A DNA stretch of 64,000 nucleotides from Eledone cirrhosa (taxonomy: Eukaryota), in NCBI GenBank assembly GCA_964016885.1, contig OZ024741.1:248682001-248746000 (forward strand), written 5' to 3'. The notes below the pieces were generated by a model that did no database searches, was not told where the DNA came from, and saw nothing but the letters and a program-made list of their open reading frames with translations. Below, piece by piece: positions 38,001 to 51,000 of this stretch; the first letter of the stretch is position 1; the number at the start of each line of letters is the position of its first letter. A program made the translations under genes and the position numbers.

Positions 38001-41000
38001 AGATAATTTGTAAAAAAAATCAAGGGGAGATAATTTCCAGCCGTCCAAGGGGAGGTAATATCTAGCCATCCAAGGGGAGATAATTTCCAGCCGTCCAAGG
38101 GGAGATAATTTCCAGCCGTCCAAGGGGAGATAATATCCAGCCGTCCAAGGAGACATATTTTCCAGCCGTCCAAGGAGACGTAATTTCTAGCCGTCCAAGG
38201 GGAGATAAGTTCCAGCCTCCAAGGGGAGATAATTTCCAGCCAGCCAAGGGGAGATAATTTGTAAAAAAATTAGGGGGAGATAATTTGTAAAAAAAAATTA
38301 GGGGGAGATAATTTGTAAAAAAAAATCAGGGGGAGATAATTTGTAAAAAAAAATCAGGGGGAGATAATTTGTAAAAAAAATCAAGGGGAGATAATTTCCA
38401 GCCAGCCAAGGGGAGATAATTTGTAAAAAAATTAGGGGGAGATAATTTGTAAAAAAAAATTAGGGGGAGATAATTTGTAAAAAAAAATCAGGGGTAGATA
38501 ATTTCCAGCCGTCCAAGGGGAGATAATTTCCATCCTTCCAAGGGGAGATAATTTCCAGCCGTCCAAGGGGAGATAATTTCCCGCCAGCCAAGGAGAGATA
38601 ATATTTAAAATAATCAGGCGGAGATAATTTGTAAAAAAAATCAGAGGGAGATAATTTGTAAAAAAATCAGGGGGAGATAATTTGTAAAAAAAAAATCAGG
38701 GGGAGATAATTTGTAAAAAAAATCAGGGGGAGATAATTTGTAAAAAAAAAATCAGGGGGAGATAATTTGTAAAAAAAATCAGGGGGAGATAATTTGTAGA
38801 AAAAATCAGGGGTAGATAATTTGTAAAAAAATCAGGGGGAGATAATTTGTAAAAAAAATCAGGGGGAGATAATTTGTAAAAAAAATCAGGGGTAGATAAT
38901 TTGTAAAAAAAAATTAGGGGGAGATAATTTGTAAAAAAAAATCAGGGGGAGATAATTTGTAAAAAAAAATCAGGGGGAGATAATTTGTAAAAAAAAATCA
39001 GGGGGAGATAATTTGTAAAAAAAATCAAGGGGAGATAATTTCCAGCCGTCCAAGGGGAGATAATTTTCAGCCGTCCAAGGAGAGGTAAATTCTAGCCGTC
39101 CAAGGAGATATAATTTCCAGCCGTCCAAGGGGAGATAATTTCCAGCCGTCCAAGGGGAGATAATTTTTAAAAAAAAATCAGGCGGAGATAATTTGTAAAC
39201 AAAAATCAGGGGGAGATAATTTGTAAAAAAAAATCAGGGGGAGATAATTTGTAAAAAAAAATCAGGGGGAGATAATTTGTAAAAAAAATCAAGGGGAGAT
39301 AATTTCCAGCCGTCCAAGGGGAGGTAATATCTAGCCATCCAAGGGGAGATAATTTCCAGCCGTCCAAGGGGAGATAATTTCCAGCCGTCCAAGGGGAGAT
39401 AATATCCAGCCGTCCAAGGAGACATATTTTCCAGCCGTCCAAGGAGAGGTAATTTCTAGCCGTCCAAGGGGAGATAAGTTCCAGCCTCCAAGGGGAGATA
39501 ATTTCCAGCCAGCCAAGGGGAGATAATTTGTAAAAAAATCAGGGGGGAGATAATTTGTAAAAAAAAAATCAGGGGGAGATAATTTGTAAAAAAAATCAGG
39601 GGGAGATAATTTGTAAAAAAAATCAGGGGTAGATAATTTGTAAAAAAAATCAGGGGGAGATAATTTGTAAAAAAAATCAGGGGGAGATAATTTGTAAAAA
39701 AAATCAGGGGTAGATAATTTTCAGCCGTCCAAGGGGAGATAATTTCCATCCTTCCAAGGGGAGATAATTTCCAGCCGTCCAAGGGGAGATAATTTCCCGC
39801 CAGCCAAGGAGAGATAACATTTAAAAAAATCAGGCGGAGATAATTTGTAAAAAAAATCAGGGGGAGATAATTTGTAAAAAAATCAGGGGGAGATAATTTG
39901 TAAAAAAAATCAGGGGTAGATAATTTCCAGCCGTCCAAGGGGAGATAATTTCCATCCTTCCAAGGGGAGATAATTTCCAGCCGTCCAAGGGGAGATAATT
40001 TCCCGCCAGCCAAGGAGAGATAATATTTAAAAAAATCAGGCGGAGATAATTTGTAAAAAAAATCAGAGGGAGATAATTTGTAAAAAAATCAGGGGGAGAT
40101 AATTTGTAAAAAAAAATCAGGGGGAGATAATTTGTAAAAAAAATCAGGGGGAGATAATTTGTAAAAAAAAATCAGGGGTAGATAATTTGTAAAAAAAAAT
40201 CAGGGGGAGATAATTTGTAAAAAAAATCAGGGGGAGATAATTTGTAAAAAAATCAAGGGGAGATAATTTCCAGCCGTCCAAGGGGAGATAATTTTCAGCC
40301 GTCCAAGGAGAGGTAATTTCTAGCCGTCCAAGGGGAGATAATTTCCAGCCGTCCAAGGGGAGATAATTTTTTTAAAAAAATCAGGCGGAGATAATTTGTA
40401 AACAAAAATCAGGGGGAGATAATTTGTAAAAAAAAATCAGGGGGAGATAATTTGTAAAAAAAATCAGGGGGAGATAATTTGTAAAAAAAATCAAGGGGAG
40501 ATAATTTCCAGCCGTCCAAGGGGAGGTAATATCTAGCCATCCAAGGGGAGATAATTTCCAGCCGTCCAAGGGGAGATAATTTCCAGCCGTCCAAGGGGAG
40601 ATAATATCCAGCCGTCCAAGGAGACATATTTTCCAGCCGTCCAAGGAGACGTAATTTCTAGCCGTCCAAGGGGAGATAAGTTCCAGCCTCCAAGGGGAGA
40701 TAATTTCCAGCCAGCCAAGGGGAGATAATTTGTAAAAAAATTAGGGGGAGATAATTTGTAAAAAAAAATTAGGGGGAGATAATTTGTAAAAAAAAATCAG
40801 GGGGAGATAATTTGTAAAAAAAAATCAGGGGGAGATAATTTGTAAAAAAAATCAAGGGGAGATAATTTCCAGCCAGCCAAGGGGAGATAATTTGTAAAAA
40901 AATTAGGGGGAGATAATTTGTAAAAAAAAATTAGGGGGAGATAATTTGTAAAAAAAAATCAGGGGTAGATAATTTCCAGCCGTCCAAGGGGAGATAATTT

Positions 41001-44000
41001 CCATCCTTCCAAGGGGAGATAATTTCCAGCCGTCCAAGGGGAGATAATTTCCCGCCAGCCAAGGAGAGATAATATTTAAAATAATCAGGCGGAGATAATT
41101 TGTAAAAAAAATCAGAGGGAGATAATTTGTAAAAAAATCAGGGGGAGATAATTTGTAAAAAAAAAATCAGGGGGAGATAATTTGTAAAAAAAATCAGGGG
41201 GAGATAATTTGTAAAAAAAAATCAGGGGTAGATAATTTGTAAAAAAAAATCAGGGGGAGATAATTTGTAAAAAAAAATCAGGGGGAGATAATTTGTAAAA
41301 AAATCAAGGGGAGATAATTTCCAGCCGTCCAAGGGGAGATAATTTTCAGCCGTCCAAGGAGAGGTAATTTCTAGCCGTCCAAGGGAAGATAATTTCCAGC
41401 CGTCCAAGGGGAGATAATTTTTTTAAAAAAATCAGGCGGAGATAATTTGTAAACAAAAATCAGGGGGAGATAATTTGTAAAAAAAAATCAGGGGGAGATA
41501 ATTTGTAAAAAAAAATCAGGGGGAGATAATTTGTAAAAAAAATCAAGGGGAGATAATTTCCAGCCGTCCAAGGGGAGGTAATATCTAGCCATCCAAGGGG
41601 AGATAATTTCCAGCCGTCCAAGGGGAGATAATTTCCAGCCGTCCAAGGGGAGATAATATCCAGCCGTCCAAGGAGACATATTTTCCAGCCGTCCAAGGAG
41701 ACGTAATTTCTAGCCGTCCAAGGGGAGATAAGTTCCAGCCTCCAAGGGGAGATAATTTCCAGCCAGCCAAGGGGAGATAATTTGTAAAAAAATTAGGGGG
41801 AGATAATTTGTAAAAAAAAATTAGGGGGAGATAATTTGTAAAAAAAAATCAGGGGGAGATAATTTGTAAAAAAAAATCAGGGGGAGATAATTTGTAAAAA
41901 AAATCAAGGGGAGATAATTTCCAGCCAGCCAAGGGGAGATAATTTGTAAAAAAATTAGGGGGAGATAATTTGTAAAAAAAAATTAGGGGGAGATAATTTG
42001 TAAAAAAAAATCAGGGGGAGATAATTTGTAAAAAAAAATCAGGGGGAGATAATTTGTAAAAAAAAATCAGGGGGAGATAATTTCCAGCCGTCCAAGGGGA
42101 GATAATTTTCAGCCGTCCAAGGAGAGGTAATTTCTAGCCGTCCAAGGGGAGATAATTTCCAGCCGTCCAAGGGGAGATAATTTTTTTAAAAAAATCAGGC
42201 GGAGATAATTTGTAAACAAAAATCAGGGGGAGATAATTTGTAAAAAAAAATCAGGGGGAGATAATTTGTAAAAAAAATCAGGGGGAGATAATTTGTAAAA
42301 AAAATCAAGGGGAGATAATTTGTAAAAAAAAATCAGGGGTAGATAATTTGTAAAAAAAAATCAGGGGGAGATAATTTGTAAAAAAAAAATCAGGGGGAGA
42401 TAATTTGTAAAAAAATCAAGGGGAGATAATTTCCAGCCGTCCAAGGGGAGATAATTTTCAGCCGTCCAAGGAGAGGTAATTTCTAGCCGTCCAAGGGGAG
42501 ATAATTTCCAGCCAGCCAAGGGGAGATAATTTGTAAAAAAATCAGGGGTAGATAATTTGTAAAAAAAAATCAGGGGGAGATAATTTGTAAAAAAAATCAG
42601 GGGGAGATAATTTGTAAAAAAAATCAGGGGTACATAATTTCCAGCCGTCCAAGGGGAGATAATTTCCATCCTTCCAAGGGGAGATAATTTCCAGCCGTCC
42701 AAGGGGAGATAATTTCCCGCCAGCCAAGGAGAGATAACATTTAAAAAAATCAGGCGGAGATAATTTGTAAAAAAAATCAGGGGGAGATAATTTGTAAAAA
42801 AATCAGGTGGAGATAATTTGTAAAAAAAATCAGGGGTAGATAATTTCCAGCCGTCCAAGGGGAGATAATTTCCATCCTTCCAAGGGGAGATAATTTCCAG
42901 CCGTCCAAGGGGAGATAATTTCCCGCCAGCCAAGGAGAGATAATATTTAAAAAAATCAGGCGGAGATAATTTGTAAAAAAAATCAGGGGGAGATAATTTG
43001 TAAAAAAATCAGGAGGAGATAATTTGTAAAAAAAAATCAGGGGAGATAATTTGTAAAAAAAATCAGGGGGAGATAATTTGTAAAAAAAAATCAGGGGTAG
43101 ATAATTTGTAAAAAAAATCAGGGGGAGATAATTTGTAAAAAAAAAATCAGGGGGAGATAATTTGTAAAAAAATCAAGGGGAGATAATTTCCAGCCGTCCA
43201 AGGTGAGGTAATATCTAGCCATCCAAGGGGAGATAATTTCCAGCCGTCCAAGGGGAGATAATTTCCAGCCGTCCAAGGGGAGATAATTTTTTTAAAAAAA
43301 TCAGGCGGAGATAATTTGTAAACAAAAATCAGGGGGAGATAATTTGTAAAAAAAAATCAGGGGGAGATAATTTGTAAAAAAAAATCAGGGGGAGATAATT
43401 TGTAAAAAAAATCAAGGGGAGATAATTTCCAGCCGTCCAAGGTGAGGTAATATCTAGCCATCCAAGGGGAGATAATTTCCAGCCGTCCAAGGGGAGATAA
43501 TATCCAGCCGTCCAAGGAGACATATTTTCCAGCCGTCCAAGGAGAGGTAATTTCTAGCCGTCCAAGGGGAGATAAGTTCCAGCCTCCAAGGGGAGATAAT
43601 TTCCAGCCAGCCAAGGGGAGATAATTTGTAAAAAAATCAGGGGGAGATAATTTGTAAAAAAAAAATCAGGGGGAGATAATTTGTAAAAAAATCAGGGGGA
43701 GATAATTTGTAAAAAAAAAATCAGGGGGAGATAATTTGTAAAAAAAATCAGGGGGAGATAATTTGTAGAAAAAATCAGGGGTAGATAATTTGTAAAAAAA
43801 TCAGGGGGAGATAATTTGTAAAAAAAATCAGGGGGAGATAATTTGTAAAAAAAATCAGGGGTAGATAATTTGTAAAAAAAAATTAGGGGGAGATAATTTG
43901 TAAAAAAAAATCAGGGGGAGATAATTTGTAAAAAAAAATCAGGGGGAGATAATTTGTAAAAAAAAATCAGGGGGAGATAATTTGTAAAAAAAATCAAGGG

Positions 44001-44510
44001 GAGATAATTTCCAGCCGTCCAAGGGGAGATAATTTTCAGCCGTCCAAGGAGAGGTAAATTCTAGCCGTCCAAGGAGATATAATTTCCAGCCGTCCAAGGG
44101 GAGATAATTTCCAGCCGTCCAAGGGGAGATAATTTTTAAAAAAAAATCAGGCGGAGATAATTTGTAAACAAAAATCAGGGGGAGATAATTTGTAAAAAAA
44201 AATCAGGGGGAGATAATTTGTAAAAAAAAATCAGGGGGAGATAATTTGTAAAAAAAATCAAGGGGAGATAATTTCCAGCCGTCCAAGGGGAGGTAATATC
44301 TAGCCATCCAAGGGGAGATAATTTCCAGCCGTCCAAGGGGAGATAATTTCCAGCCGTCCAAGGGGAGATAATATCCAGCCGTCCAAGGAGACATATTTTC
44401 CAGCCGTCCAAGGAGAGGTAATTTCTAGCCGTCCAAGGGGAGATAAGTTCCAGCCTCCAAGGGGAGATAATTTCCAGCCAGCCAAGGGGAGATAATTTGT
44501 AAAAAAATCA
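32080..44510 (+). repeat. ~4,994-bp tandem duplication with a nested 2,471-bp duplication
   Basis: Offsets 4994 (32679/37673), 2471 (36735/39206, 37673/40144) and 7465 (33757/41222, 34896/42361, 35864/43329). Private variants GGGAAGATAATTTCC and GGGGTACAT are shared at +7465. Confidence 0.87.
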
Positions 44511-47500
44511 GGGGGGAGATAATTTGTAAAAAAAATCAGGGGGAGATAATTTGAAAAAAAAATCAGGGGGAGATAATTTGTAAAAAATATCAAGGGGAGA
44601 TAATTTCCAGCCCTCCAAGGGGCTATAATTTCCAGCCGTGCAAGGGGAGATAATTTCCAGCCGTCCAAGGGGAGATAATTTCCATCCTTCCAAGGGGAGA
44701 TAATTTCCAGCCGTCCAAGGGGAGATAATTTCCCGCCAGCCAAGGGAAGATAATTTTTTAAAAAATCAGGCGGAGATTGTAAAAAAAATCAGGGGGAGAT
44801 AATTTGTAAAAAAATCAGGGGGAGATAATTTGTAAAAAAAAATCAGGGGGAGATAATTTGTAAAAAAAAATCAGGGGGAGATAATTTGTAAAAAAAATCA
44901 GGGGGTGATAATTTGTAAAAAAAATCAGGGGTAGATAATTTGTAAAAAAAATCAGGGGGAGATAATTTGTAAAAAAAATCAGGGGGAGATAATTTGTAAA
45001 AAAAATCAGGGGTAGATAATTTTCAGCCGTCCAAGGGGAGATAATTTCCATCCTTCCAAGGGGAGATAATTTCCAGCCGTCCAAGGGGAGATAATTTCCC
45101 GCCAGCCAAGGAGAGATAACATTTAAAAAAATCAGGCGGAGATAATTTGTAAAAAAATCAGGGGGAGATAATTTGTAAAAAAAATCAGGGGTAGATAATT
45201 TTCAGCCGTCCAAGGGGAGATAATTTCCATCCTTCCAAGGGGAGATAATTTCCAGCCGTCCAAGGGGAGATAATTTCCCGCCAGCCAAGGAGAGATAACA
45301 TTTAAAAAAATCAGGGGGAGATAATTTGTAAAAAAAAATCAGGGGGAGATAATTCGTAAAAAAAAATCAGGGGGAGATAATTTGTAAAAAAAAATCAGGG
45401 GTAGATAATTTGTAAAAAAAAATCAGGGGGAGATAATTTGTAAAAAAAAAATCAGGGGGAGATAATTTGTAAAAAAATCAAGGGGAGATAATTTCCAGCC
45501 GTCCAAGGGGAGATAATTTTCAGCCGTCCAAGGAGAGGTAATTTCTAGCCGTCCAAGGGGAGATAATTTCCAGCCGTCCAAGGGGAGATAATTTTTTTAA
45601 AAAAATCAGGCGGAGATAATTTGTAAACAAAAATCAGGGGGAGATAATTTGTAAAAAAAAATCAGGGGGAGATAATTTGTAAAAAAAAATCAGGGGGAGA
45701 TAATTTGTAAAAAAAATCAAGGGGAGATAATTTGTAAAAAAAAATCAGGGGTAGATAATTTGTAAAAAAAAATCAGGGGGAAATAATTTGTAAAAAAAAA
45801 ATCAGGGGGAGATAATTTGTAAAAAAATCAAGGGGAGATAATTTCCAGCCGTCCAAGGGGAGATAATTTTCAGCCGTCCAAGGAGAGGTAATTTCTAGCC
45901 GTCCAAGGGGAGATAATTTCCAGCCAGCCAAGGGGAGATAATTTGTAAAAAAATCAGATGTAGATAATTTGTAAAAAAAAATCAGGGGGAGATAATTTGT
46001 AAAAAAAATCAGGGGGAGATAATTTGTAAAAAAAATCAGGGGTAGATAATTTCCAGCCGTCCAAGGGGAGATAATTTCCATCCTTCCAAGGGGAGATAAT
46101 TTCCAGCCGTCCAAGGGGAGATAATTTCCCGCCAGCCAAGGAGAGATAATATTTAAAAAAATCAGGCGGAGATAATTTGTAAAAAAAATCAGGGGGAGAT
46201 AATTTGTAAAAAAATCAGGGGGAGATAATTTGTAAAAAAAAATCAGGGGAGATAATTTGTAAAAAAAATCAGGGGGAGATAATTTGTAAAAAAAAATCAG
46301 GGGTAGATAATTTGTAAAAAAAAATCAGGGGGAGATAATTTATAAAAAAAAAATCAGGGGGAGATAATTTGTAAAAAAATCAAGGGGAGATAATTTCCAG
46401 CCGTCCAAGGGGAGATAATTTTCAGCCGTCCAAGGAGGTAATTTCTAGCCGTCCAAGGGGAGATAATTTCCAGCCGTCCAAGGAGAGATAATTTTTTTTA
46501 AAAAATCAGGCGGAGATAATTTGTAAACAAAAATCAGGGGGAGATAATTTGTAAAAAAAAATCAGGGGGAGATAATTTGTAAAAAAAAATCAGGGGGAGA
46601 TAATTTGTAAAAAAAATCAAGGGGAGATAATTTCCAGCCGTCCAAGGGGAGGTAATATCTAGCCATCCAAGGGGAGATAATTTCCAGCCGTCCAAGGGGA
46701 GATAATTTCCAGCCGTCCAAGGGGAGATAATATCCAGCCGTCCAAGGAGACATATTTTCCAGCCGTCCAAGGAGAGGTAATTTCTAGCCGTCCAAGGGGA
46801 GATAAGTTCCAGCCTCCAAGGGGAGAAAATTTCCAGCCAGCCAAGGGGAGATAATTTGTAAAAAAATCAGGGGGAGATAATTTGTAAAAAAAAATCAGGG
46901 GGAGATAATTTGTAAAAAAATCAGGGGGAGATAATTTGTAAAAAAAAAATCAGGGGGAGATAATTTGTAAAAAAAATCAGGGGGAGATAATTTGTAGAAA
47001 AAATCAGGGGTAGATAATTTGTAAAAAAAATCAGGGGGAGATAATTTGTAAAAAAAATCAGGGGGAGATAATTTGTAAAAAAAATCAGGGGTAGATAATT
47101 TTCAGCCGTCCAAGGGGAGATAATTTCCATCCTTCCAAGGGGAGATAATTTCCAGCCGTCCAAGGGGAGATAATTTCCCGCCAGCCAAGGAGAGATAACA
47201 TTTAAAAAAATCAGGCGGAGATAATTTGTAAAAAAAATCAGGGGGAGATAATTTGTAAAAAAATCAGGGGGAGATAATTTGTAAAAAAAATCAGGGGTAG
47301 ATAATTTCCAGCCGTCCAAGGGGAGATAATTTCCATCCTTCCAAGGGGAGATAATTTCCAGCCGTCCAAGGGGAGATAATTTCCCGCCAGCCAAGGAGAG
47401 ATAATATTTAAAAAAATCAGGCGGAGATAATTTGTAAAAAAAATCAGGCGGAGATAATTTGTAAAAAAAAATCAGGGGGAGATAATTTGTAAAAAAAAAT

Positions 47501-48099
47501 CAGGGGGAGATAATTTGTAAAAAAAATCAAGGGGAGATAATTTCCAGCCGTCCAAGGGGAGATAATTTTCAGCCGTCCAAGGAGAGGTAAATTCTAGCCG
47601 TCCAAGGAGATATAATTTCCAGCCGTCCAAGGGGAGATAATTTCCAGCCGTCCAAGGGGAGATAATTTTAAAAAAAAAATCAGGCGGAGATAATTTGTAA
47701 AAAAATCAGGGGGGAGATAATTTGTAAAAAAAATCAGTGGGAGATAATTTGAAAAAAAAATCAGGGGGAGATAATTTGTAAAAAATATCAAGGGGAGATA
47801 ATTTCCAGCCCTCCAAGGGGCTATAATTTCCAGCCGTGCAAGGGGAGATAATTTCCAGCCGTCCAAGGGGAGATAATTTCCATCCTTCCAAGGGGAGATA
47901 ATTTCCAGCCGTCCAAGGGGAGATAATTTCCCGCCAGCCAAGGGAAGATAATTTTTTAAAAAATCAGGCGGAGATTGTAAAAAAAATCAGGGGGAGATAA
48001 TTTGTAAAAAAATCAGGGGGAAATAATTTGTAAAAAAAAAATCAGGGGGAGATAATTTGTAAAAAAAAATCAGATGGAGATAATTTGTAAAAAAAATCA

Positions 48100-51000
48100 G
48101 GGGGAGATAATTTGTAAAAAAAATCAAGGGGAGATAATTTCCAGCCGTCCAAGGGGAGGTAATATCTAGCCATCCAAGGGGAGATAATTTCCAGCCGTCC
48201 AAGGGGAGATAATTTCCAGCCGTCCAAGGGGAGATAATATCCAGCCGTCCAAGGAGACATATTTTCCAGCCGTCCAAGGAGAGGTAATTTCTAGCCGTAC
48301 AAGGGGAGATAAGTTCCAGCCTCCAAGGGGAGATAATTTCCAGCCAGCCAAGGGGAGATAATTTGTAAAAAAATCAGGGGGGAGATAATTTGTAAAAAAA
48401 ATCAGGGGGAGATAATTTGAAAAAAAAATCAGGGGGAGATAATTTGTAAAAAATATCAAGGGGAGATAATTTCCAGCCCTCCAAGGGGCTATAATTTCCA
48501 GCCGTGCAAGGGGAGATAATTTCCAGCCGTCCAAGGGGAGATAATTTCCATCCTTCCAAGGGGAGATAATTTCCAGCCGTCCAAGGGGAGATAATTTCCC
48601 GCCAGCCAAGGGAAGATAATTTTTTAAAAAATCAGGCGGAGATTGTAAAAAAAATCAGGGGGAGATAATTTGTAAAAAAATCAGGGGGAGATAATTTGTA
48701 AAAAAAAATCAGGGGGAGATAATTTGTAAAAAAAAATCAGGGGGAGATAATTTGTAAAAAAAATCAGGGGGAGATAATTTGTAAAAAAAATCAGGGGTAG
48801 ATAATTTGTAAAAAAAATCAGGGGGAGATAATTTGTAAAAAAAATCAGGGGGAGATAATTTGTAAAAAAAATCAGGGGTAGATAATTTTCAGCCGTCCAA
48901 GGGGAGATAATTTCCATCCTTCCAAGGGGAGATAATTTCCAGCCGTCCAAGGGGAGATAATTTCCCGCCAGCCAAGGAGAGATAACATTTAAAAAAATCA
49001 GGCGGAGATAATTTGTAAAAAAATCAGGGGGAGATAATTTGTAAAAAAAATCAGGGGTAGATAATTTTCAGCCGTCCAAGGGGAGATAATTTCCATCCTT
49101 CCAAGGGGAGATAATTTCCAGCCGTCCAAGGGGAGATAATTTCCCGCCAGCCAAGGAGAGATAACATTTAAAAAAATCAGGGGGAGATAATTTGTAAAAA
49201 AAAATCAGGGGTAGATAATTTGTAAACAAAAATCAGGGGGAGATAATTTGTAAAAAAAAATCAGGGGGAGATAATTTGTAAAAAAAAATCAGGGGGAGAT
49301 AATTTGTAAAAAAAATCAAGGGGAGATAATTTGTAAAAAAAAATCAGGGGTAGATAATTTGTAAAAAAAAATCAGGGGGAGATAATTTGTAAAAAAAAAA
49401 TCAAGGGGAGATAATTTGTAAAAAAATCAAGGGGAGATAATTTCCAGCCGTCCAAGGGGAGATAATTTTCAGCCGTCCAAGGAGAGGTAATTTCTAGCCG
49501 TCCAAGGGGAGATAATTTCCAGCCAGCCAAGGGGAGATAATTTGTAAAAAAATCAGATGTAGATAATTTGTAAAAAAAAATCAGGGGGAGATAATTTGTA
49601 AAAAAAATCAGGGGGAGATAATTTGTAAAAAAAAATCAGGGGTAGATAATTTGTAAAAAAAAATCAGGGGTAGATAATTTGTAAAAAAAATCAGGGGGAG
49701 ATAATTTGTAAAAAAAAAATCAGGGGGAGATAATTTGTAAAAAAAATCAGGGGGAGATAATTTGTAGAAAAAATCAGGGGTAGATAATTTGTAAAAAAAA
49801 TCAGGGGGAGATAATTTGTAAAAAAAATCAGGGGGAGATAATTTGTAAAAAAAATCAGGGGTAGATAATTTTCAGCCGTCCAAGGGGAGATAATTTCCAT
49901 CCTTCCAAGGGGAGATAATTTCCAGCCGTCCAAGGGGAGATAATTTCCCGCCAGCCAAGGAGAGATAACATTTAAAAAAATCAGGCGGAGATAATTTGTA
50001 AAAAAAATCAGGGGGACATAATTTGTAAAAAAATCAGGGGGAGATAATTTGTAAAAAAAATCAGGGGTAGATAATTTCCAGCCGTCCAAGGGGAGATAAT
50101 TTCCATCCTTCCAAGGGGAGATAATTTCCAGCCGTCCAAGGGGAGATAATTTCCCGCCAGCCAAGGAGAGATAATATTTAAAAAAATCAGGCGGAGATAA
50201 TTTGTAAAAAAAATCAGGGGGAGATAATTTGTAAAAAAATCAGGGGGAGATAATTTGTAAAAAAAAATCAGGGGGAGATAATTTGTAAAAAAAATCAGGG
50301 GGAGATAATTTGTAAAAAAAATCAGGGGTAGATAATTTGTAAAAAAAAATCAGGGGGAGATAATTTGTAAAAAAAAAATCAGGGGGAGATAATTTGTAAA
50401 AAAATCAAGGGGAGATAATTTCCAGCCGTCCAAGGGGAGATAATTTTCAGCCGTCCAAGGAGAGGTAATTTCTAGCCGTCCAAGGGGAGATAATTTCCAG
50501 CCGTCCAAGGGGAGATAATTTTTTTAAAAAAATCAGGCGGAGATAATTTGTAAACAAAAATCAGGGGGAGATAATTTGTAAAAAAAAATAAGGGGGAGAT
50601 AATTTGTAAAAAAAAATCAGGGGGAGATAATTTGTAAAAAAAATCAAGGGGAGATAATTTCCAGCCGTCCAAGGGGAGGTAATATCTAGCCATCCAAGGG
50701 GAGATAATTTCCAGCCGTCCAAGGGGAGATAATTTCCAGCCGTCCAAGGGGAGATAATATCCAGCCGTCCAAGGAGACATATTTTCCAGCCGTCCAAGGA
50801 GAGGTAATTTCTAGCCGTCCAAGGGGAGATAAGTTCCAGCCTCCAAGGGGAGATAATTTCCAGCCAGCCAAGGGGAGATAATTTGTAAAAAAATCAGGGG
50901 GAGATAATTTGTAAAAAAAAAATCAGGGGGAGATAATTTGTAAAAAAATCAGGGGGAGATAATTTGTAAAAAAAAAATCAGGGGGAGATAATTTGTAAAA

